From Candidatus Micrarchaeota archaeon (GTDB lineage: Archaea; B1Sed10-29; B47-G15): a DNA stretch of 19,828 bases. The translations under genes and the position numbers were made by a program. The notes below the pieces were generated by a model. It was not told the DNA's origin, searched no databases, and saw only the letters and a program-made list of their open reading frames with translations. Below, one piece after another: positions 8,391 through 17,600 of this stretch (the first letter of the stretch is position 1; every line of letters begins with the position of its first letter). The stretch lies in contig QMVG01000009.1 of the NCBI GenBank assembly GCA_003660975.1, forward strand, positions 1 through 19,828, given 5' to 3'.

Positions 8391-9346
8391 GTGATTATGA
8401 ACTAAAAACATACTATGCAATAGCCCTTGACCCCATACATGTTGGGGCTGGAGGAGCAAGGCTCGAGAGAGTAGATCTACCAATAATTAGAGAACCTGGA
8501 ACGAATCTTCCAAAGATACCAGGTACAAGCCTCAGCGGTCCTGCAAGGGCATATACTGCCATGCACCCAAAAATTAACAGGTACAGATGGATAGATGATG
8601 AAGGAAAAGAATCCTCCTGTGCAGGAAGGGGCGGAGAAGGAGGAGAAAACCATTGTGGAAAAGTAAATCCTGCCTGTCCTGTCTGCGTTCCTTACGGATT
8701 CTCAAAAGGCTCTGGACATAGCATGCAGGGATTGGCTCAATTCTTTGATGCACAGATTCTTCTCTTTCCAGTTGCATCGCTGGCAGGCACAGTATGGATA
8801 ACTTCACCAATGGTATTGGAAGGTTTGGGCTTGAATTCAGAATTTCAGGCTCCAGATGATGGCTTTTATCCCTTAGGAGAGCATCTCAAAAACAAAGAAA
8901 AGCTCAACTTTGGCTGGCTTATGTTACCAAAAGGTGAGGGAGAAGGAGATTTAACGAATTTTCCGGTGCCAGAAAAAATTAAACAAAGAACTGTGCTCGT
9001 ATCTGACAAGCTCTTTCCTAAAATCGTTAATAGCAATCTTGAAGTTAGAACTTCCGTAAGTATAGATCCGGCTACAGGAACAGCTGAGGAAGGCGCTCTC
9101 TTTACCTATGAAGCGATACCAAGAGGAACGATTTTGAGATTTGATGTCATTTATAACTCTGGCAAGTATTTCAGGGTAGGGGAACAAGAGCTAAAAACAG
9201 AAGACGGAGGAGATGTCGGAACCCAATGGGTGAAGGCTCAGGTAGAGAAGGGACTAAAACTCTTTGAAATCCTTGGAATCGGTGGAATGGGAACGAGAGG
9301 AATGGGGAGATTAAAGGTACTAAATCTTGAAAAGGGGGATTGCTGA
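8387..9346 (+). CDS. cmr4: Type III backbone RNase Cmr4, 319 aa
   Basis: DPIHVGAG...VDLPIIRE...PKIPGTSLSG, RTSVSIDPATGTAEEGALFTYEAIPRG and GIGGMGTRGMG. The catalytic Asp of VDLP is present. Confidence 0.95.
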   Translation: MSDYELKTYYAIALDPIHVGAGGARLERVDLPIIREPGTNLPKIPGTSLSGPARAYTAMHPKINRYRWIDDEGKESSCAGRGGEGGENHCGKVNPACPVCVPYGFSKGSGHSMQGLAQFFDAQILLFPVASLAGTVWITSPMVLEGLGLNSEFQAPDDGFYPLGEHLKNKEKLNFGWLMLPKGEGEGDLTNFPVPEKIKQRTVLVSDKLFPKIVNSNLEVRTSVSIDPATGTAEEGALFTYEAIPRGTILRFDVIYNSGKYFRVGEQELKTEDGGDVGTQWVKAQVEKGLKLFEILGIGGMGTRGMGRLKVLNLEKGDC

Positions 9347-9750
9347 TGGAAGATAAAATGAATCTTGATCAACTTTGTGCAGAGTATGGGTATAGATTTG
9401 CGGAGAACGTTAGCGTAGCCGATGGTTTTAATGCCAAAAAAGCGGAAGTTCTAATTACCAAAGCTCTGGGTGTTTTGCAAGAACAGGGGTTGTATGCTTT
9501 TGCACTCTTTTGTAAATCAAGATCAAGTGGGGAGAGAGCAGGAGCTGAGGAAATAGAAGTTTTAGCAAAGGAACTGTTGAAAAAATTAAATCTTATTAAC
9601 GATGGTGATTTGCTTGAGGAGCTGCGAAAAGATGATGGTCTTTTAACAAAGCTTGATTATTTAATGCTTGCAATTCAAGTGCTTGAAAAATCGCTAATCT
9701 ACGCTAGATTTCATGCAAAATCTATGAAAGAATCTCAGGGTAAGGGGTAA
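9346..9750 (+). CDS. cmr5: Type III-C small subunit Cmr5
   Basis: About 134 aa, helical, with ITKALGVLQEQGLYAF and LIYARFHAK. Lies between cmr4 and cmr3. The TGATG overlap favours start 9346 over TTG 9340. Confidence 0.8.
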   Translation: MEDKMNLDQLCAEYGYRFAENVSVADGFNAKKAEVLITKALGVLQEQGLYAFALFCKSRSSGERAGAEEIEVLAKELLKKLNLINDGDLLEELRKDDGLLTKLDYLMLAIQVLEKSLIYARFHAKSMKESQGKG

Positions 9751-9751
9751 A

Positions 9752-10675
9752 ATGAGCTGGTATCTTTATTCACTAACATTTAGAGTTAAATCACCTCTGC
9801 ATGTAGGTTTTCATAAAGTAATGCGTCTTTTTCAGACAAGAGTATACGTTCCAGCCAGGCCTTTCTGGGGTGCTTTAACTGCCAAACTGACCCGAAGCCT
9901 CAAATCAAGTAACTACAGAGAAGTTGGAGAGTTTTTGAAGAAGGTTATGAGGTTCGGTTATCTTTACCTTTCTGATGGAAATAATCTCTTTATACTAAAA
10001 TATACAGATGATGTGTTGAAGTTCGGCAATTTACCGCAAATTGAGTTTGAAAAGAGGTTTATAAGTTCACTGACCTCTACATCTATTGAACCGTATTCAT
10101 TTACCGCTGAAGAGGGTATGTTACACGATGTTGAATTCATCAGTCCTTACGAGATACACAAAGAAAATGAGGAATCAAAACCTGTTTTTCTCAAAGGTTT
10201 GCTGTGGATTTCCGAGAGATCGGAAGAGAAGCTGGCAGTACAAACTAATGAAAATAATTTTTCAATTACTGATGGCAAAAACGATGTAAAGTTTTCTGAT
10301 TTAGCAGACACATTGCAGATAGGTGGGGAAAGAAAATATGGATTCGGACAACTGAGGCTGGATAAGAAGAATGGAATCAGAAAAGTAGATACTCAGGATT
10401 TAGGGGCTCTGGGATTTAATGGAATATGGAAAGATGATAAAGGCGAAATTATATTGGAACTTAAAAAGAATGAGTTTATCTGGTCCCATGTCAAATATGA
10501 TTCTGACCTGAAAATTAAGGGGAGCATAGAGCCTGTTGTGGGCAGAGACTGGAGTGACAAAGGTGCTGGTAGAGAATTGAGATTCCATGGCTTGTGCTGG
10601 GTTCCAGGTTCAATCCTCATGGAGAACAAAACTTTCAAAATAACAGAAGAATTTGGTATTTGGGAGGTAATATAA
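9752..10675 (+). CDS. cmr3: Type III-C Cas5-group RAMP Cmr3, 307 aa
   Basis: KSPLHVG, TRxYVPARxxWGALT, STSI, G-loop IGGERKYGFG and WVPGS. Last gene of the III-C order. Confidence 0.8.
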   Translation: MSWYLYSLTFRVKSPLHVGFHKVMRLFQTRVYVPARPFWGALTAKLTRSLKSSNYREVGEFLKKVMRFGYLYLSDGNNLFILKYTDDVLKFGNLPQIEFEKRFISSLTSTSIEPYSFTAEEGMLHDVEFISPYEIHKENEESKPVFLKGLLWISERSEEKLAVQTNENNFSITDGKNDVKFSDLADTLQIGGERKYGFGQLRLDKKNGIRKVDTQDLGALGFNGIWKDDKGEIILELKKNEFIWSHVKYDSDLKIKGSIEPVVGRDWSDKGAGRELRFHGLCWVPGSILMENKTFKITEEFGIWEVI

Positions 10676-10676
10676 A

Positions 10677-11351
10677 ATGCAGCCGCATGTCTTCTCAGTC
10701 TCTTTTTTCACAGCGCATTTTAAGCGGCATGAGACAAAGAAATTTAGATCAAGTTACCTTTTACCCCCACCAACAGTTATCTGGGGCATTATCGGGGCAA
10801 TTTTTGGTGTTGAAAGAGAAAAATTAGGAAGATTTGCAAAAGAAAATAATCTTATAGTAGGAGCTGAGCTATGTAATTTTAAGGGACTAGCAATCGAAAA
10901 AGCAACACTAATGCCCTGGGACAAAAAGGATAGAATGTTCATAAGAACCGTTGAAGATTTTGAGTTTCTGATAGAACCGCATTATAGAATTGGGGTTTAT
11001 GCAAAAGAAGGTTTTATTGAGGAATTAAAAAAAAGAATCGAAAAGAGAGACTTTGAATTTGATATTTATGGAGGAATTTCTGACTGTTTTTTGAAGGACA
11101 TAGAAAACGAAAACAAAGCTGAGTTTATGGAAAGAAGAGAAGCCAGAGGCATGATTCCAGTAGACATAGTTGCTGGTTTTTCTCAGATTGCAGAGGGATG
11201 CAAAATAATAAGAGTTCTTTACTTAAACACATTCTTTTATCAAGGCTTTAAAGTGGAATTCAAGGTAAAAGAGACGACAAAAACAGTAAATGGAATAGCA
11301 GTGTGGAGTGTCGATGATGTTGAAAGATTTAGAAAAGGAGATGTGGAGTAA
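10677..11351 (+). CDS. cas5: Type I Cas5, 224 aa
   Basis: N-terminal signature TAHFKR...RSSYLLPPPTVIWGIIGAIFG, plus EFLIEPHYRI and IYGG. SD GGGAGGT at 10661-10667. Confidence 0.92.
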   Translation: MQPHVFSVSFFTAHFKRHETKKFRSSYLLPPPTVIWGIIGAIFGVEREKLGRFAKENNLIVGAELCNFKGLAIEKATLMPWDKKDRMFIRTVEDFEFLIEPHYRIGVYAKEGFIEELKKRIEKRDFEFDIYGGISDCFLKDIENENKAEFMERREARGMIPVDIVAGFSQIAEGCKIIRVLYLNTFFYQGFKVEFKVKETTKTVNGIAVWSVDDVERFRKGDVE

Positions 11352-13446
11352 AGAATCGCACGAAGGAAAAAAATTGGGCAAACATATTGAAGAGTGCAGG
11401 AGATTAACTGATGAATTTCTCAGATTTTATAATTTGATGAAATATAAGGAATTCGCTGAGATTCTTTGCTATTACCACGACTTAGGAAAACTTAAAGCCG
11501 AATGGCGCGTAAAGAATAGAAATAATCCTCCCCATTCGCCTCTCTCATTTCTTACACTATATAGTAAGGATAGGGAAAAATTGGAGAAATATCCTCTTTT
11601 AGGATTGTTTATACTAAAGCATCACGGAACTTTAACGAGAATGGAAGACGGGGATATCCTACGGATAAAAAATGAAGCACCTGAAAGCGAAAAGGAGCGG
11701 ATTGACTATGATTTAGGCACATGGAGAAGAAATCTATATAGATATGTATCCAAACTTAACACAGCCCTTAAGGTGGATCTAGCTGACGCTTATGGACTTT
11801 TTAAATTTGCAGACATACTTTCAGCAAATAATTTGGCAAGTTACAGAATAAGTGTACCGAACAAAGATGTTGAAGATTTGAAAGTATGGATATTAGAAAG
11901 AATTCAGAAAAGAGGACTTGAAACCAGAAACAAAGACCTTCAAACACAGTTAAGCTTGAGTAAAATAAAAGAACATTTGCTTATAAGAGCACCCACAGGA
12001 TGGGGGAAAACCGCCGCATCGCTTGCGTATGCTGTAGGAAAAGGTTCAAGAATAATCTATGTTCTACCAACAATTACTTCAATAAAGAGTTTTTATGATG
12101 ATCTTTGCACTTTCTTCGGAGAGGAGAATGTTGGTGAATTTTTCTATTATGCTGACGTTGAGGCGATAAAAAGAGAAGAAAGCGACTTCAGGGAATTAAT
12201 GTTCTCTTCATATTTTGCTCAACCTGTTATTATTACGACGCTTGACCAGTTGTTATTAACTTTCCTTCAAGTTGGAAAATACTTTTTAAAACGCCCACAT
12301 CTAAGAAACTCCGTAATTATTCTTGATGAAGTCCACACTTTTTCTCAGAATATGCTATATATTCTTTCTTATTTTCTTGAAAAGCTTTCCGAGATTTACA
12401 ACCTGAGACTGTGTATAATGTCTGCAACTTTTCCCTCCGTACTTAAAGACCACTTTGAAAACCTCTTAGAGAAAGTTGAGAAAATATGGCTTAATGAAGA
12501 ATTTAGAAACAGAAGAAGGGTTATGTTTAAGCTTATGGAAAATGACATCTTTGATGTTGTTGAGGAAGTTGTTGAAATCTACAAAGCGAGCAGAAAACCA
12601 TTTAGAATGGTCATAGTATGCAATACGGTTGAAAAGTCTCAAAAAGTATTCGAAAAGTTGCGAGATTTAATATCAGAGTCTGATTTGAAATCAAATGTAG
12701 AATTGCTACATTCTCGTTTTATTTACAAACACCGTTGTGAAAAGGAAGACAGACTTAACAGATGGATAAGAGAAAATAAAAGTTTTATTTTGACTGCTAC
12801 ACAAGTCATAGAAGTCTCTCTTGATATGTCCTTTGATTTTATGATCACCGAATGCGCACCTTTAGAGGCCCTTGTTCAAAGATTCGGAAGAGTAAATAGA
12901 TATAAGAATACAACAGAAAAGATAAACGTTTGGATTACTTTCCCATCTGAGATAAAGGTTAAAATGAGGTATCCATACGAAAAAGACGATATCACAAATA
13001 CATGGAGATTATTGAAAGATTTAGAAGGAGGCGGTTTGGAGAATGAATTTCAATTGATAGAAGAATATGACAAAGTAGCTAATCTTTCACGAGTAAAACG
13101 GAAAGGGGTAAACAACTTATTAGAAACCTGGAATGAAAATGCGAATTTCTTATATTCTTGGCGTATAGATGATGAATTCGCTCAGAGACTCCTTAAATTC
13201 AGAGAAGATTTCACAAGACTTGTTGTACCAGGCACCTATAGGGATTATGTACAGAAACTATATAAAAAGGTGAGAAAGGAGGTTTCATACACTCAAAAAA
13301 GAGAAATATTTGCTGAAATAAAAGAATATACTGCTCCTGTTCCTATTTGGATGATTAAAATGCCGATAGAGGAGGGTTTCCCTATTGTAGATACACTTTA
13401 TGATGAAACATATGGTATAAGAAAGGAGGTGAATAATATAATATGA
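11341..13446 (+). CDS. cas3: Cas3, fused HD nuclease and SF2 helicase
   Basis: HD domain: LGKH, HDLGK, PHS, KHHG, FADILSA. Helicase: APTGWGKT, LDEVH, MSAT, HSRF, TQVIEVSLD, QRFGRVNR. Start uncertain (11308, 11314, 11317 or 11341). Confidence 0.96.
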   Translation: MWSKESHEGKKLGKHIEECRRLTDEFLRFYNLMKYKEFAEILCYYHDLGKLKAEWRVKNRNNPPHSPLSFLTLYSKDREKLEKYPLLGLFILKHHGTLTRMEDGDILRIKNEAPESEKERIDYDLGTWRRNLYRYVSKLNTALKVDLADAYGLFKFADILSANNLASYRISVPNKDVEDLKVWILERIQKRGLETRNKDLQTQLSLSKIKEHLLIRAPTGWGKTAASLAYAVGKGSRIIYVLPTITSIKSFYDDLCTFFGEENVGEFFYYADVEAIKREESDFRELMFSSYFAQPVIITTLDQLLLTFLQVGKYFLKRPHLRNSVIILDEVHTFSQNMLYILSYFLEKLSEIYNLRLCIMSATFPSVLKDHFENLLEKVEKIWLNEEFRNRRRVMFKLMENDIFDVVEEVVEIYKASRKPFRMVIVCNTVEKSQKVFEKLRDLISESDLKSNVELLHSRFIYKHRCEKEDRLNRWIRENKSFILTATQVIEVSLDMSFDFMITECAPLEALVQRFGRVNRYKNTTEKINVWITFPSEIKVKMRYPYEKDDITNTWRLLKDLEGGGLENEFQLIEEYDKVANLSRVKRKGVNNLLETWNENANFLYSWRIDDEFAQRLLKFREDFTRLVVPGTYRDYVQKLYKKVRKEVSYTQKREIFAEIKEYTAPVPIWMIKMPIEEGFPIVDTLYDETYGIRKEVNNII

Positions 13447-13610
13447 CGTTGCCGAGCCGATCTCTCCGCTTCACCTCGATGCTAACGCACTCAGACAACA
13501 GGGAGGTGACTAGCATCGGCGCGTTGTGCCTTCAATCAACTCCGGCCTATGACCAGCCTTCTGATACTTGCCGGGCATTAATATGGAAGAGGTTTAGCTA
13601 CCCGATTTAA
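13443..13610 (+). other. GC-rich intergenic segment with a doubtful 55 aa ORF coupled to cas3; possible scar or structured RNA
   Basis: SD GGAGGTGA (13425-13432) and an ATGA overlap with the cas3 stop; frame open to TAA 13608-13610. By manual count GC is 68/120 in 13451-13570 versus 40/120 in 13321-13440. Confidence 0.4.
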
Positions 13611-13624
13611 ATAGTATACACTAT
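13601..13624 (+). promoter_or_regulatory. Probable TATA box for cas6 with an overlapping small palindrome
   Basis: TTTAAATA at 13606-13613 and ATAGT-ATAC-ACTAT palindrome at 13611-13624. SD-like GGGAGGGTG downstream at 13643-13651. Confidence 0.5.
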
Positions 13625-13660
13625 ATGTAATAATATGTATTTGGGAGGGTGTGGCAAAAT

Positions 13661-14596
13661 ATGAAAACAATGGAATCCATTGGTGCCGAATTGGAATACA
13701 CTCTTGGGCAATTTAGATTAAGGTTTACAACAGATGCTGAGCTTTATGAGTGGATGGGTCCCACATTTAGAGGTGCACTTGGGAGGTCGATAAGAGACAT
13801 TGTGTGTCTAAATTCCAACATGAAGAATTGTGAAGATTGTAAAAGGAGAGATGACTGTTTGTATTATTGCCTCTATGAACAGAAGAGATCCTTGAGAGGA
13901 CATACATCCCCTCCCAAGCCAGTTATATTAATACCCCCATATCTAGGAAAAAAAGAAGATAGAATATTTAAAAAAGGTTCTGAGCTATGTCTAGATTTTC
14001 TCACATTAGGTAAGTTCAATAAATACATTCCTCATCTAATCTTATCACTCCAGAAGGCAGGAGAGTATGGTGTTGGTAATGCGAGACATCTAGGGAAAAA
14101 TAAGTTTGAGATCGTTGAGGGAAAGGTTTTGTGGGAAGACAAACCATTTTATGAAAATGGGAGGATTAATCTCTCCTATTACACCGCAAAAAACCTCAAG
14201 GATATTAAACCAATTGAAGGAAAGAAAATTAAGGTAAAATTTAAGACACCCTTTGGTGGCTTACAAATACCCTTAACAATGGAAAGGTATCTTTTCTATA
14301 CAAAGAATAGAATCATAAGATATGTTAATGAGTATGGGAACAGAGGTTTTGTTCCGGGTGATGTAAAAAAAGGTGAAAAAATAATGGGCTCTCCCGTATA
14401 TGTTAAAAAGCGGGTATTAAAGCGCCGTTCTGCGAGGTCTAACAAAGACAGATTTATCGGTTATCTTGGTGAGGTGGAGTACCGAATTGGGGACTTAGGA
14501 GATGCAGAGAGATGGCTAATAGGCGTAAGTGAATTCTTCGGATTAGGGCCTAACTCTTCATTTGGGATGGGATTTGTTGAACTTATGAAATATTGA
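13661..14596 (+). CDS. cas6: Cas6 pre-crRNA endoribonuclease, Cys-cluster (DUF2276-like) type
   Basis: GPTFRGALG, Cys cluster C-x7-CEDC-x5-CLY, PPKP, KFKTP and C-terminal G-loop GLGPNSSFGMG. Adjacent to the array. SD spacing favours ATG 13661 over GTG 13649. Confidence 0.92.
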   Translation: MKTMESIGAELEYTLGQFRLRFTTDAELYEWMGPTFRGALGRSIRDIVCLNSNMKNCEDCKRRDDCLYYCLYEQKRSLRGHTSPPKPVILIPPYLGKKEDRIFKKGSELCLDFLTLGKFNKYIPHLILSLQKAGEYGVGNARHLGKNKFEIVEGKVLWEDKPFYENGRINLSYYTAKNLKDIKPIEGKKIKVKFKTPFGGLQIPLTMERYLFYTKNRIIRYVNEYGNRGFVPGDVKKGEKIMGSPVYVKKRVLKRRSARSNKDRFIGYLGEVEYRIGDLGDAERWLIGVSEFFGLGPNSSFGMGFVELMKY

Positions 14597-14641
14597 GAAG
14601 ATATTTTACTTGGATTGGTTACCTGTGCTCTGTTGTATGAA

Positions 14642-14678
14642 AAGAATTTCTGCCTTTTACGCATCTGGCTACTTAAAC
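14642..14678 (-). repeat. Degenerate trailer repeat
   Basis: 14649-14678 matches 30 nt of the consensus. The last 7 nt on the minus strand read AATTCTT instead of TTGAAAG. Confidence 0.9.
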
Positions 14679-17600
14679 GCAGCGAATCTCGGCGTCCCGG
14701 TGGAGACAACCTCGGCTTTCAATCTGCCTTTTACGCATCTGGCTACTTAAACCTATACTTATGGATATTCGGAAGCGGAGCCTACGGTACTTTCAATCTG
14801 CCTTTTACGCATCTGGCTACTTAAACTTATAAATATGAGTAGCTCTATAATGGATATGGGGGCTTTCAATCTGCCTTTTACGCATCTGGCTACTTAAACC
14901 AAAAAAGGGGCTCTCCCTAATCCCCCCTGAGCTGACTTTCAATCTGCCTTTTACGCATCTGGCTACTTAAACAGTGGAGGGCAGAGGGTAAGACGAAACA
15001 TGCTATAAACTTTCAATCTGCCTTTTACGCATCTGGCTACTTAAACTGTGGTAGTTCCATAGGCCCTTAATTGAGCCTTTAGGCTTTCAATCTGCCTTTT
15101 ACGCATCTGGCTACTTAAACTGCTGATAATCATAGGGGTCTTTATAGGCATGTGGGCTCTTTCAATCTGCCTTTTACGCATCTGGCTACTTAAACTGTGG
15201 AGAAGGGTTCAGAAATAGACCTCTCAGGGGCTTTCAATCTGCCTTTTACGCATCTGGCTACTTAAACTGTAGAGCTCCATGTAGTCCTCCCACCGCGGCA
15301 TCCACTTTCAATCTGCCTTTTACGCATCTGGCTACTTAAACTGTGTATCTGGGGAGTAATAAGTGGGCAGTGGTATACTTTCAATCTGCCTTTTACGCAT
15401 CTGGCTACTTAAACGGCATTAAAGAAATTTGGAGAGATTACTTCATTTCGGGCTTTCAATCTGCCTTTTACGCATCTGGCTACTTAAACTGAGCGCAGAG
15501 GCCTCCTTCACCTGGCCGTTGGCGGCCTTTCAATCTGCCTTTTACGCATCTGGCTACTTAAACATCCCCGATGACGTGGAATGGGAGATAGAGGAGTATG
15601 ACTTTCAATCTGCCTTTTACGCATCTGGCTACTTAAACTTTTTCACGTTCGCGTTGTGATGCGGGAAATGCCGCCTTTCAATCTGCCTTTTACGCATCTG
15701 GCTACTTAAACCCACCTCCTCCACTATCTTCAGCTCGGACGGTCTGCTTTCAATCTGCCTTTTACGCATCTGGCTACTTAAACGAAGAGGCTGACGCTGG
15801 AACACTCAGCGATCGCAGCTTTCAATCTGCCTTTTACGCATCTGGCTACTTAAACTGCGGAGGCAGTGAGAGTGTTATTTCAACGTGGATAACTTTCAAT
15901 CTGCCTTTTACGCATCTGGCTACTTAAACATTATGCTCCTTACGTGGAGGTGAGGGGGCGTTCAAACTTTCAATCTGCCTTTTACGCATCTGGCTACTTA
16001 AACGAGTGTTATCCTGTCTATCCCGTTTAGGTAATAATTCTTTCAATCTGCCTTTTACGCATCTGGCTACTTAAACAGATGGGTTAAACCAAATCCACCG
16101 CTCAAGAATGCTTTCAATCTGCCTTTTACGCATCTGGCTACTTAAACGGGATTGAGCCTGGGGGCTTTGGGGGGTGCCTCAATACTTTCAATCTGCCTTT
16201 TACGCATCTGGCTACTTAAACTCATGGAGTGATAAACTTTATAAAAACTAGTCTGAACCTTTCAATCTGCCTTTTACGCATCTGGCTACTTAAACGAGGA
16301 GCAATCCGCCGTGGTTATTGACGCAGAGCATACTTTCAATCTGCCTTTTACGCATCTGGCTACTTAAACGGAGCTAACGCTTCTTTTCAATGACGCCCCG
16401 CTGCCCTTTCAATCTGCCTTTTACGCATCTGGCTACTTAAACATCAAGGGCTCTTTCGTCGCAGATCCAAAGCTCGTCTTTCAATCTGCCTTTTACGCAT
16501 CTGGCTACTTAAACAGGGAAATGCCAACTCGCCCAGGAATTACCTTTCCCTTTCAATCTGCCTTTTACGCATCTGGCTACTTAAACTTCCGGTAAACCTC
16601 AATATCGTAATCACTTAACCGGCTTTCAATCTGCCTTTTACGCATCTGGCTACTTAAACGTAACGGTGTCAATTCCGCTCCCCGGTACCGCCCCCCTTTC
16701 AATCTGCCTTTTACGCATCTGGCTACTTAAACTGATTTTGAAATCATCTCCGTTTCCCCACCGGAGAGCTTTCAATCTGCCTTTTACGCATCTGGCTACT
16801 TAAACTCATGCCTCCGCCTTCCCCCCAGCAAGCACCACCATACTTTCAATCTGCCTTTTACGCATCTGGCTACTTAAACCCAAGGTGTCCCCGTTGTGGA
16901 GCGATAAATGATTGAGTTCTTTCAATCTGCCTTTTACGCATCTGGCTACTTAAACTCTGATCATTGTGTATCTGATTATTAAGTTCGGCACTTTCAATCT
17001 GCCTTTTACGCATCTGGCTACTTAAACCCACCTTTGGATGAGGCTTTTGCTGTTGATTTTGATAATCTTTCAATCTGCCTTTTACGCATCTGGCTACTTA
17101 AACTTAGTGGAGAGAGGGTATGAGAATGAGAACAGTAAGCTTTCAATCTGCCTTTTACGCATCTGGCTACTTAAACTTGTCCATTTCGCCATTTAGATCA
17201 CCGCTTATCAATCTTTCAATCTGCCTTTTACGCATCTGGCTACTTAAACCTTCTCGGGAGAGCGCCTGAAGAAGGCCATCTCCCCTTTCAATCTGCCTTT
17301 TACGCATCTGGCTACTTAAACCTCGTACAACAGGATGGAGATATGTGGAGAACAAAGACTTTCAATCTGCCTTTTACGCATCTGGCTACTTAAACTGCCA
17401 GCCTGCCTTTTTCAAGATCGTATCCTGGGAACTCTTTCAATCTGCCTTTTACGCATCTGGCTACTTAAACGTTTACCAATCTGTACATCCGGGGAAACTT
17501 TATGTCTTTCAATCTGCCTTTTACGCATCTGGCTACTTAAACTAGGTAGGTTTATCCGGTAATTGTGAGGTGGTTCAACTTTCAATCTGCCTTTTACGCA

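Noticed and set aside
5607-10675. Calling the Cmr block III-B, or treating GGDD loss as pseudogenisation
   Set aside because: Gene order and the Csx11-type Cas10 indicate III-C, where GGDD loss is normal. All reading frames are intact.
690-10942. Minus-strand and alternate-frame ORFs overlapping cas genes, e.g. 2032-2532 (166 aa), 3980-4249, 10086-10289, 10594-10827
   Set aside because: Shadow frames of well-supported genes, with no motifs or SD support.
556-11351. HNH or other nuclease fusion to Cas8 or Cas5
   Set aside because: Cas5 is normal length (224 aa), and no HNH motif is visible in either protein.
13478-13530. attC-like ends (TGCTAAC ... GTTGTGC)
   Set aside because: Imperfect R-box consensus, no continuous attC hairpin, single copy, and no integrase in the window.
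13500-13560. GACTAGC/GACCAGCCT resemblance to IS200/IS605 omega-RNA
   Set aside because: Too short, and no iscB, tnpB or tnpA nearby.
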